From sequence record SRR2962707_3408: a stretch of DNA of 38,340 nt; one strand, 5' to 3'. Shown piece by piece: positions 8,826 through 17,473 of the stretch (position 1 is its first letter; each line of letters opens with the position of its first letter). The notes beneath the pieces were generated by a model, which saw nothing but the letters and a program-made list of their open reading frames with translations, made no database searches and was not told the origin of the DNA. Made by a program: the position numbers and the translations under genes.

Positions 8826-10976
8826 ATGAAGAAAATCGGGTTAGTAATCGCTATCCTATTATTGGTGGTGGGCTTTTTCCATTACGACCTTGATCGGTTA
8901 TTAACGCTTGATGGGCTAAAATCAGGACTTGTGCAGTTTGAAGTTTGGCGTGCAGAAGCTCCGTTATTGGTTGGCAGCGCTTTCTTATTGCTTTACGTGG
9001 TAGTGACAGCCTTGTCGTTACCGGGTGCTGTGATTATGACCTTGGCGGCCGGCACCTTGTTTGGTTTGTTTTGGGGCACCGTTATTGTCTCATTCGCGAG
9101 CTCTATTGGTGCCACATTGGCGTTTTTGGTGTCGCGTTACTTATTGCGTGATTGGGTGCAAGCAAAGTTCGGTAGTCGTTTAAAGGCGTTTAATGAAGGG
9201 GTCGAGAAAGACGGAGCCTTTTATTTATTCACCTTGCGCTTGGTGCCTGTGTTCCCTTTCTTTTTAATTAACTTGTTGATGGGCTTAACCGCGCTGCGCG
9301 CTTTTACCTTCTATTGGGTTAGCCAAGTGGGCATGTTGGTAGGCACTGTCGTGTATGTGAACGCGGGTACGCAACTGGGTCAATTAGAAAGCTTATCTGG
9401 CATTTTATCCCCTTCTTTACTGTTCTCCTTTGTCCTGCTTGGGGTATTTCCTTTGGTGGCTAAAAAATTATTGGATGTGATAAAAGCGCGTCGAGTGTAT
9501 GCAGGATTTACCAAGCCAAAAAGTTTTGACCGTAACCTAATCGTTATTGGTGGAGGTGCTGGTGGATTGGTAAGTGCTTACATTGCTGCGGCAGTGAAAT
9601 CGAAAGTTACCTTGATCGAAGCTCATAAAATGGGTGGCGACTGCTTGAACTACGGTTGTATTCCAAGCAAAGCGATTATTAAGAGTGCGAAAATCGCACA
9701 ACAAATGCGTCATGCGGAAAACTATGGATTAGAAAATGTTGAGCCTACGTTTTCGTTTAAGAAAGTCATGGCGCGTGTGCACGATGTTATTAGTAAAGTA
9801 GAGCCTCATGACAGCGTTGAGCGCTATACCGAACTTGGTGTAGATGTTGTTCAAGGCTATGCAAAAATAATTGACCCTTGGACCGTTGAAATTCAATTAA
9901 ACGACGGTGGTACGCAACGTCTGACGGCACGCAGTATTATTCTGGCGACCGGTGCGCGTCCATTTGTTCCACCATTGCCCGGGTTAGACGATGTGGGTTA
10001 CTACACCAGCGATACCTTGTGGGGTGAATTCGCCAAGTTTGACGAGCCACCAAAGCGTCTTGTTGTATTAGGCGGTGGTCCAATTGGCTCTGAGCTAGCA
10101 CAAAGCTTTGCTCGCCTAGGTTCTAATGTCACTCAGGTCGAGCGTTCTGATCGTATTATGGTCCGCGAAGACGAAGAGGTGTCGGCCTTGGTTCAAGAAA
10201 GCATGGAATCGGATGGCGTGACCATACTAACGTCGCACAATGCGATTCGCTGTGAGAAAGAAGGCGACATCAAACGTCTTATCGTTGAAAAAGACGGCGT
10301 TGAAAGTGTGATCGAATTTGATGCGCTACTGTGTGCTGTTGGCCGTCAGGCTCGCCTTGAAGGTTACGGTTTAGAAAATCTTGGTGTAGAAACAAATCGC
10401 ACCATAGTGACCAACGATTACCTTGAAACCTTGTTTCCAAATATTTTTGCGGTCGGTGATGTCGCGGGCCCTTATCAGTTTACCCACGTCGCAGCTCATC
10501 AAGCTTGGTTTGCCGCCGTGAATGCTTTATTTGGAACCTTTAAGAAATTCCGTGCGGATTACCGAGTGATTCCATGGGCAACCTTTGTGGACCCTGAAGT
10601 GGCGCGTGTTGGTTTAAGTGAGCAAGATGCGAAAGAACAAGGCATCGAGTATGAAATGGTACGCTACGGTCTTGATGACCTAGACCGCGCGATTGCTGAG
10701 AGTGCAACCAAGGGGTTTGTTAAGGTGTTAACCGTGCCCGGCAAAGATAAGATCTTAGGAGTGACCATTGTAGGTGAGCATTCTGGTGAATTATTGGCTG
10801 AGTTCGTTTTAGCGATGAAGCATGGTCTTGGCTTGAATAAAATCCTAGGAACGATTCATACTTATCCTACGTGGGCTGAATCGAATAAATACGCCGCAGG
10901 TGAGTGGAAACGCGCTCATACGCCTGAGCGTATCTTGAAGTGGATCGAGAAATATCATACTTGGCGTCGAGGCTAA
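8826..10976 (+). CDS. DedA/VTT (TVP38/TMEM64) membrane domain fused to a class I pyridine nucleotide-disulfide oxidoreductase
   Basis: N-terminal LSLPGA...LRLVPVFPFF (VTT domain); then GGGAGG, redox GGDCLNYGCIPSK, GGGPIG, AVGD and HTYPTWAE. Confidence 0.9.
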   Translation: MKKIGLVIAILLLVVGFFHYDLDRLLTLDGLKSGLVQFEVWRAEAPLLVGSAFLLLYVVVTALSLPGAVIMTLAAGTLFGLFWGTVIVSFASSIGATLAFLVSRYLLRDWVQAKFGSRLKAFNEGVEKDGAFYLFTLRLVPVFPFFLINLLMGLTALRAFTFYWVSQVGMLVGTVVYVNAGTQLGQLESLSGILSPSLLFSFVLLGVFPLVAKKLLDVIKARRVYAGFTKPKSFDRNLIVIGGGAGGLVSAYIAAAVKSKVTLIEAHKMGGDCLNYGCIPSKAIIKSAKIAQQMRHAENYGLENVEPTFSFKKVMARVHDVISKVEPHDSVERYTELGVDVVQGYAKIIDPWTVEIQLNDGGTQRLTARSIILATGARPFVPPLPGLDDVGYYTSDTLWGEFAKFDEPPKRLVVLGGGPIGSELAQSFARLGSNVTQVERSDRIMVREDEEVSALVQESMESDGVTILTSHNAIRCEKEGDIKRLIVEKDGVESVIEFDALLCAVGRQARLEGYGLENLGVETNRTIVTNDYLETLFPNIFAVGDVAGPYQFTHVAAHQAWFAAVNALFGTFKKFRADYRVIPWATFVDPEVARVGLSEQDAKEQGIEYEMVRYGLDDLDRAIAESATKGFVKVLTVPGKDKILGVTIVGEHSGELLAEFVLAMKHGLGLNKILGTIHTYPTWAESNKYAAGEWKRAHTPERILKWIEKYHTWRRG

Positions 10977-11032
10977 TTTAGAGCGCGTTTAGCCTCTTTG
11001 AAAACGCCAGATAATAGAATGATTAAAACGCA

Positions 11033-11935
11033 CTAAGGTAGCAACTTTAGTGCGTTTTCTTTCATTGCTTCCCAGAATAAGTTCGCTTGATAACTGAGTG
11101 TTTGATGCCGAAGCTTGATCATAAAAATAGGCAGCTGGTTATGAGACATAAAGTTTTCTATGTCGATGGTCACTAACGCGCCAGACGCTAGCTCCGCCTC
11201 CACCATATAGCGAGGCATTCTTGCCCAACCTAAGCCATTTAATAATAACGACTTCTTCGCGAAGTAATCATTCACATACCAGCGTTTCCCGGTCGGCAGT
11301 AAGTAGCGATGGCCACTCTCACTTTGGTTGATTGCCGAATTATTGACGAGAATGTGCGCGGTAGAATAAAGCTGAGCTTGCTTTAAACGATTGCCTTTAT
11401 GACCCAGTGTTGCCAACAGTTCAGGCGCCACCACAGTGACCACCTCCAGTCGTAATAATTCAATAAAAGCGTGTCTGTCATCGAGACCATATCGAGGGCC
11501 AATCGCCACTTCTGATTTGTCTTTTTGCAGGTTTTCATGCACCCCATAGAGATGATCCGTTGTGATGTCGATGGACAGCTCTGGGTAACTGGTCTGAAAG
11601 TTTTTGAGGCGCGTCATAAGCTCATTAGAAAAGCAGCTCTGACTAAAGCAAAGGCGTAATGGCGCCTCGGTTCCTTGCGCTAAATTGTGCCCTAAACTTT
11701 CTAATTGCTGTACTTGAGACATGAGCTTTTTGCTTTGCAGGAAAAATGCTTTGCCTTCTGTCGTCAGTGTAGGGCGATAGCTGTCACGGTCGAACAGCTG
11801 GATGCCATATTGTGCTTCCAGCGTTTTTACCGCGGCACTGATGCTTGGTTGGGTTTTATGAATGGCGTCTGCAGCGGAACGAAAGCTACCCGTTTCAACC
11901 ACCGCGATAAACGCTCTAACTTGATCTAGCTTCAT
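11033..11935 (-). CDS. LysR family transcriptional regulator
   Basis: MKLDQVRAFIAVVETGSFRSAA...TQPSISAAVKTLE...LFDR; C-terminal GLGWARMP. Confidence 0.93.
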   Translation of the reverse strand: MKLDQVRAFIAVVETGSFRSAADAIHKTQPSISAAVKTLEAQYGIQLFDRDSYRPTLTTEGKAFFLQSKKLMSQVQQLESLGHNLAQGTEAPLRLCFSQSCFSNELMTRLKNFQTSYPELSIDITTDHLYGVHENLQKDKSEVAIGPRYGLDDRHAFIELLRLEVVTVVAPELLATLGHKGNRLKQAQLYSTAHILVNNSAINQSESGHRYLLPTGKRWYVNDYFAKKSLLLNGLGWARMPRYMVEAELASGALVTIDIENFMSHNQLPIFMIKLRHQTLSYQANLFWEAMKENALKLLP

Positions 11936-11954
11936 GATAGATATATCCGATCAT
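11934..11954. promoter_or_regulatory. LysR-type operator (T-N11-A dyad)
   Basis: ATGAT-agatatatccg-ATCAT dyad abutting the LysR start codon in the divergent promoter region. Confidence 0.6.
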
Positions 11955-12040
11955 TTTAATAATAAAACGAAATTATTTTTCGTTCATTATTTGCCTTATC
12001 ATAGTGAATATCAAATGAAAGTGTTTTTTTAAAGGAGAAA

Positions 12041-12769
12041 GTGTTGGATACATCCTTCGTTGTCTTATTGATTGCGGGTTTGATTACGGGTTTTTCGAAA
12101 TTCTCCGTAGGCGGTATGGGGTTGTTGGTATTGCCCATTGTGATGATTGCGTTCCCTGGGCCTGAAGCCTTAGGTATTTTAATGCCGCTCTATGTGATTA
12201 CGGACCTGATGGCCGTGTTTAGCTATAAGAACCACATTGCTTGGTCTGTTTTGTTGCGCTTCTTACCATTGGCTTTTCTTGGCGTCTTTGTGGGTGGGCA
12301 TTTCTTATCGGGCATTGATGCCAGCCAGTTTGTTTACTTCTTAGGGACGATTGTCATCGCGATGATCTTACTGGGTCTGTATCTTGATTTTCGCCCCGCT
12401 GGTTTTATGCGAAAGCCTGCTGCGGCATATAGTATGGGCTTTTTAGGTGGGGTTGTGAGCATGATGGCGAACGCGGCAGGCCCGTTATTTAGCTTGTTTT
12501 TGTTGGAGCAAAAGCTCGATAAAAAAACGTATGTGAGCACAAGAGCATGGGCCTTCTTCATTATTAACTTATTGAAATTGCCGCTCTATATCAGCTTAGG
12601 TTTGTTGTCTGTTGGTACGGCCAAAATGAGCGTCATGGCGTTGCCTGGCTTGTTGATAGGGTCGTTTATTGGCTATCACTTCTTGAAAAAAGTGAATCCG
12701 GTTCAGTTCAAATGGCTGATCCGGATCATGTCCTGCATGGCGGCGTTTAAACTTTTTCTGTTTTCGTAG
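12041..12769 (+). CDS. Sulfite exporter TauE/SafE family protein
   Basis: GTG start after AAGGAG; motifs GFSKFSVGGMG and SMMANAAGP; divergent from the LysR gene. Confidence 0.88.
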   Translation: MLDTSFVVLLIAGLITGFSKFSVGGMGLLVLPIVMIAFPGPEALGILMPLYVITDLMAVFSYKNHIAWSVLLRFLPLAFLGVFVGGHFLSGIDASQFVYFLGTIVIAMILLGLYLDFRPAGFMRKPAAAYSMGFLGGVVSMMANAAGPLFSLFLLEQKLDKKTYVSTRAWAFFIINLLKLPLYISLGLLSVGTAKMSVMALPGLLIGSFIGYHFLKKVNPVQFKWLIRIMSCMAAFKLFLFS

Positions 12770-13670
12770 TCATGTCTAACGGTCGTTTTTTTCTGGTATT
12801 GCGCAGTTGACGAATAGAATTGAAAATCAGCAATGCCAGAGCGCCCCAGATCAAGCTAAAGGTAATTAACTTCTCAGGGCTTAACGGCTCATCGTATAAA
12901 AAGACAGCCAGTAAGAACATGCCACTTGGTCCTATGTATTGGAAGAAGCCAAGGGTAATCATGCTGACTCGGTTCGCGGCGGCGGCAAAGCACATTAGTG
13001 GCACCATGGTGATTGGTCCAGCGGCAAACAAAAGCCAGTTGGTAAGGCTTGGGTTTGCTAGCATATTCGACGTTGAGGTGTGCACAGTGAACATGTAAAT
13101 CAGAGCCACTGGCAGCATTAATAAGGTTTCGACGGCCATCCCTGTGAAGCTATCAATGGCGACTTTTTTTCGTACTAAGCCATAAAAACCAAACGTCAGT
13201 GCTAAGGACAATGCGACCCAAGGCAGAGAACCAAATTGGATCACCTCAAACGCCACGGCAGCAAAGCATAAGGCGACGGCGGCTTTGCGCACAGGGTCTA
13301 GTTTTTCTTTAAAGAAAATCATCCCCAGCATAATGCTGATTAAGGGGTTAATGTAATAACCTAAACTGGCACTGAGCAATTGGTTGTGGCTAATGGCCCA
13401 AATAAAAGTCCCCCAATTGGCGCCGATTAGCAGGGTTGAAAGAAGCATGGCCAGCAGTGTTTTTTTGGAGCTAAACACTTGTTTTAACTTGTCTGTTTTG
13501 CTCATTCCAACAATAAGAATGAGCACGATCAGGCAAGACCAAATGACGCGGTGAGCGAGTATCTCAGTGGTTGGAATAAACGCCATAAACTTGAAATACA
13601 TCGGGGCAATAGCCCATAAAGTAAACGCCGTCAGGGCGTAAAATATGCCGCTTTGGGAAGACTGAGGCAT
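12747..13670 (-). CDS. rarD: EamA/DMT family transporter RarD
   Basis: Motifs EILAHRVIWS, ASLGYYINPL, YGLVRKK and LGFFQYIGPS are typical of RarD. Confidence 0.93.
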   Translation of the reverse strand: MPQSSQSGIFYALTAFTLWAIAPMYFKFMAFIPTTEILAHRVIWSCLIVLILIVGMSKTDKLKQVFSSKKTLLAMLLSTLLIGANWGTFIWAISHNQLLSASLGYYINPLISIMLGMIFFKEKLDPVRKAAVALCFAAVAFEVIQFGSLPWVALSLALTFGFYGLVRKKVAIDSFTGMAVETLLMLPVALIYMFTVHTSTSNMLANPSLTNWLLFAAGPITMVPLMCFAAAANRVSMITLGFFQYIGPSGMFLLAVFLYDEPLSPEKLITFSLIWGALALLIFNSIRQLRNTRKKRPLDMTTKTEKV

Positions 13671-14009
13671 GACTACTTCCTTGCTTTTATTTAAATGAGC
13701 CTCTTTTTACCACTCGGGTTATGAGAAGTCAGTTACAATCTTGCTTTCTTATTCGCATTCTCTGCATAAATGACTAGGTTGTGAGCGTGATAGGCGCCAG
13801 CCACGAAGGGTAAAAACGCGTTTATGCTTCGCTTTTACCCGAGTTAAAATTTATTATAGCGCCACTCCTACCCTTCTTTATTGCCACTGTCTTTTTTTCC
13901 CTAGATGGTGTGACAATAACGGTCATAAATAAGTAGTACGCTGAAACAGAATGGACGTTCTTTTTGATGACATAGAACGCATTAGGTATCGGTTCGCAGA
14001 GGTACGCGA

Positions 14010-14963
14010 ATGTTAAGATTTTTCAGAATTAATAACGGTTTGATCAAAGAAATCCCTAAAGATGAGGGTGCGCTTCCCAGTATGCACACAGAAGCAGACT
14101 GGATTGATGTAAATGAACCCGATGAGGAAGAGCGCACGCAGCTGCGTACCTTGTTACGCACAGACTTACCTGAATCGGATGATGTAGAAGAAATTGAAGC
14201 GTCGGCTCGCTGTTTTGTGGACCAAGTTGGCATTCATGTTCACTCTTTGTTTTTAACGCAAAGTGAAGGCCGTCACAAAACCACAACGGTTGCCTGTATT
14301 TTACAGAAAGATCGTTTAGTGACGGTGCGAGAAGGCGAAATTGCCGATTTTCGATTATTAAGAATGCGCGCCAGAGGCGGCCAGATAGCAGCCGATTCTC
14401 CGGCTCAATTACTGGTAACCATGCTTGAGCACAAGGTCGAAAACCATGCCGATATTTTGGAAGATTTACACCGTCAGCTGGAAGAAGTAAGCCATCTTGT
14501 GTTGGAAGAAAATGAAACAGAATTCGACTCTGTTATCGCCAAATTAGCGCGTCTAGAAGACAGTAACGGAAAGATTCGTTTATGCCTGATGGATACCCAG
14601 CGCAATATTTCATTTTTATTGCGTCATCTGACCAGCAAGCAGGACCATTCAGAAACATTACGCGAGATCATGCGCGATGTGGACACCCTGATGTCACACA
14701 CGACCTTTTTGTTCGATAAAATTAACTTCTTGATGGATTCCACCCAAGGCTTTATCAATATAGAACAAAATAAAATCATTAAGATTTTCTCGATTGCTTC
14801 TGTGGTGTTTTTACCGCCGACCTTAGTGGCCAGTATTTATGGGATGAACTTCCATATTATGCCGGAATTAAACTGGAGCCTTGGTTATCCAGGTGCGCTG
14901 GGGCTAATGGTGGTGTCTGGTTTCGCACCCTATTGGTACTTCAAACACCGTGGCTGGCTATAA
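14010..14963 (+). CDS. corA: Magnesium/cobalt transporter CorA
   Basis: EIEASAR, KINFLMD, PPTLVASIYGMNF signature, MPEL loop, C-terminal GWL. Confidence 0.97.
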   Translation: MLRFFRINNGLIKEIPKDEGALPSMHTEADWIDVNEPDEEERTQLRTLLRTDLPESDDVEEIEASARCFVDQVGIHVHSLFLTQSEGRHKTTTVACILQKDRLVTVREGEIADFRLLRMRARGGQIAADSPAQLLVTMLEHKVENHADILEDLHRQLEEVSHLVLEENETEFDSVIAKLARLEDSNGKIRLCLMDTQRNISFLLRHLTSKQDHSETLREIMRDVDTLMSHTTFLFDKINFLMDSTQGFINIEQNKIIKIFSIASVVFLPPTLVASIYGMNFHIMPELNWSLGYPGALGLMVVSGFAPYWYFKHRGWL

Positions 14964-15016
14964 CCAGCCACGATGTTTGAAGGGCTCTCTTTAGCGTGCT
15001 AAGAGGGTAAAGATGG

Positions 15017-15460
15017 CTACTGTATAGCTTTAAGGTATGCCGCATAAACCCAGACATGCTGTTTATTAAATACGATCTCACGCCATGCCCCATGTTGTCT
15101 AATCACAGTTATCTTCATTCCATGACGTAAGGCACCGACGATTGGGCTGTTAGTGGTAGGTTGCGCGCGAATATTTAAGCGCTTGCTCGTGACAATATGT
15201 GGCCCACTACGAAAGACAGTCGGCTTTTTCTTGGTAAGTTGTTTCTGGTGCTTAGTAACGGCTTTATGTTTTTGTGTCACTACTTTGTGTTTTTGGACAG
15301 GAGGTGAAACACTTTTTTGAGCTGAGTGTTTGTTTGTCTGGCAGTTTATTTTCTGGTTATAACAAGCGGCATTGTGGTTTGCTTGTTCGCCTTTAGCGAA
15401 GGAGATAGTCGGCACTAAAACACAGCCAATTAGGCAAATGATTTTGCTGGTTAATCTCAT
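15017..15460 (-). CDS. Small secreted SH3b-domain protein
   Basis: Signal peptide, Lys/His/Gln-rich linker, C-terminal LNIRAQP...W..I...WV...YL SH3b pattern. Confidence 0.8.
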   Translation of the reverse strand: MRLTSKIICLIGCVLVPTISFAKGEQANHNAACYNQKINCQTNKHSAQKSVSPPVQKHKVVTQKHKAVTKHQKQLTKKKPTVFRSGPHIVTSKRLNIRAQPTTNSPIVGALRHGMKITVIRQHGAWREIVFNKQHVWVYAAYLKAIQ

Positions 15461-15773
15461 ACTTGTTTCCTTTTTTATAGACTTAATGTGTTTTCAGGAT
15501 AAGCATAGAGGTTTATTGGCTGGGTAGTCCAATAAGGAAAAGCCAGCCATCAAGCGCTCAAAAATGATGACTGGCTTTTGTTGCTTGCTCTTTTTTGGCG
15601 GACACGGCATTCAGGAGTTAAACGCTTGAGTGTAAACACGCCATCTTTCATAGAGAGCGTGAACAACCGGTGTCTGATCAAAGTGGATTTTATGCTCTTA
15701 GGCCAAGTGCCGCAGAGCATAAAAGAGAGAGATGACAATTAAATTACAGGCTGAATAGTGGGCCAAAAAGACG

Positions 15774-16580
15774 CTAGAAACCGCTTAATTGGTCTGTTAA
15801 ATGGGCAATCGACAGCAGGTGTTGCTCATTTAAATAATTCAGTAATTCTGTATTCACATCGGTTTGAATACTGGTAATACCTTGATTACCAAAGATCCTA
15901 TTGATTTCAATGACGTAGGGCACTGAGCCTATCATGGCGATATCAAATCCGGCGTGGTTAATGTCGAGAGATTGCGCCAAATAGGCTACAAGATCTTGGG
16001 CTTCTTTTGGGATCAAAGCCACTTCTACCTGCCCGCCTTGGCTAACATTGTTGTGGAAGCCATTATCTGATTGCAAACGCCAGTAACCACTGACAATTTT
16101 ATTGCCTACCCAAATAATGCGCAGATCTCGGTCGATCGGCAAATACTCTTGTACATATAGAACATCACTTTTGGCCAGATAGTCACGCCACTGCCCCAAT
16201 GTTTCGATCAGAAACACCCCATTTCCCATGCTGCTTTTTGGAATCTTAGCGACAAAAGGAGATGACATTGTGTCCCAGATTTTGTCCGCTTCATAAGGGG
16301 TGTTCGCGGCAATCACTGTATAAGGGTGTTGATTCGGTACTATGGTGCGAAAAGTACGCGTCATTTCTATTTTGTCATGACCAATCATATAAGACGCAAG
16401 ACTTGGAAAAATGCGCTTCTTTAAGCCGTATATTAACGCGTTAAGCTGCCAATACTGTGGGAATAGAAGCCAGTCCGCTTGTTGAATTTCCTCTAAGTGA
16501 TCGTACATAGATTCAGGCTTTATGTAGCGAACATTCGGGAGGTGCAAGGTGCGTAATGCGTCGAAAGAGATGATGTTCAT
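15774..16580 (-). CDS. RimK-like ATP-grasp ligase (putative amino acid/glutamate ligase)
   Basis: HDKIEM, PFVAKIPKSSMGNGVFLI, YVQEYL, RDLR, HNNVSQGG, GFDI and IEIN ATP-grasp motifs. Confidence 0.88.
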   Translation of the reverse strand: MNIISFDALRTLHLPNVRYIKPESMYDHLEEIQQADWLLFPQYWQLNALIYGLKKRIFPSLASYMIGHDKIEMTRTFRTIVPNQHPYTVIAANTPYEADKIWDTMSSPFVAKIPKSSMGNGVFLIETLGQWRDYLAKSDVLYVQEYLPIDRDLRIIWVGNKIVSGYWRLQSDNGFHNNVSQGGQVEVALIPKEAQDLVAYLAQSLDINHAGFDIAMIGSVPYVIEINRIFGNQGITSIQTDVNTELLNYLNEQHLLSIAHLTDQLSGF

Positions 16581-16893
16581 TTAACAATAATCAATGGCCA
16601 AACAGGTCGCGATTTTAGAGCCAAAGAAGTGCTAAAAGATACGTTTATTTTAGTAAATGCCGAAAAATATTCGCCGCGATAAAAACAAAATAGAGGGCAT
16701 AAAAAGAGGCCGTTAAGGTTTATTGCGGCATTTCATCTGGATTTGCTTAGTAACGGTTTTATCAGAAGGTTAAAGGTTGTCTTTGGTCTTCGTCATGAAA
16801 GTTTAATTTATTGGCTTAGAGCGGGTGAGGCTCTTGAAATAGGGAGTCGGTAAGGAGATCCTCTGGAAATAGTATGACAAGATGGAAATCAAT

Positions 16894-17304
16894 ATGCCTT
16901 CAAATATAGTGGCCGTTTATGGCTCTCTCAGAGTGGGTTTCGATAATCACGAATTATTAGCGAACAGCCAACCTATTGGAAAGGGCTGGTTAACAGGTTA
17001 CCGAATGGGTAATTTTGGAGACTTTCCTGGTGTGGTGTTTACCCATGAAGATAACCAACGTGTTCGTGTCGAATGGTACAAGGTAACGGACAGCACATTG
17101 GAAGCAATGGATCGTCTTGAAGAGTATGATCCTGCGGCACCAGAGCGCTCCTTGTTTGTGAGAAAACGCGTACAATCTCCTTATGGAAAAGGTTGGATTT
17201 ATGTTTACAATCAACCTTTCCAACATGCTGATCTTGTTGAATACGGTGATTGGGAGCGTGCCGTGGTACGCCCCGCAGTTCATCGTGAGATCCCTGTCGT
17301 GTGA
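16894..17304 (+). CDS. Gamma-glutamylcyclotransferase / AIG2-like (GGACT/YtfP family) protein
   Basis: VAVYGSLR..NH, FPG, MDRLEEY, WIYVYN and GDW motifs; start 16894 (GGA SD) or 16882. Confidence 0.88.
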   Translation: MPSNIVAVYGSLRVGFDNHELLANSQPIGKGWLTGYRMGNFGDFPGVVFTHEDNQRVRVEWYKVTDSTLEAMDRLEEYDPAAPERSLFVRKRVQSPYGKGWIYVYNQPFQHADLVEYGDWERAVVRPAVHREIPVV

Positions 17305-17315
17305 TCCTTGTCTGA

Positions 17316-17349
17316 GCTGGCGTGCATGATAACTCTTATGCGCGTCAGC
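17316..17349 (+). terminator. Stem-loop after the GGCT gene (weak U tract)
   Basis: GCTGGCGTGCATGA...TTATGCGCGTCAGC, a 14-bp stem including G-U pairs. Confidence 0.5.
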
Positions 17350-17473
17350 GCTTGTTCACTACCAACCTCTTATTCTGCGGCTTCGCCGACAGCACGCTTC
17401 TTTGCAACCCAACTACCTTGACGTTGGCTTATTCTTTGCTTGGTTAAAATACCAACAAAGAAGGGCGAACAGT

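Noticed and set aside
8826-10976. Mercuric reductase merA / mercury resistance locus
   Set aside because: No C-terminal Cys-Cys, no NmerA domain, and no merR/merT/merP nearby.
15550-15738. 62-aa intergenic ORF (and an open plus-strand frame over the same stretch)
   Set aside because: No good start or SD and no motif; I cannot support a gene or pseudogene, although the 313-bp gap remains unexplained.
16590-16615. Sigma-54 promoter-like TGGC...GC (similar cases near 20067 and 30325)
   Set aside because: The GG-to-GC spacing is not the required 10 bp.
17402-17473. N-terminal extension of CodB or a codA remnant
   Set aside because: TTG start without an SD and no deaminase-like sequence; ATG 17474 gives the expected CodB length.
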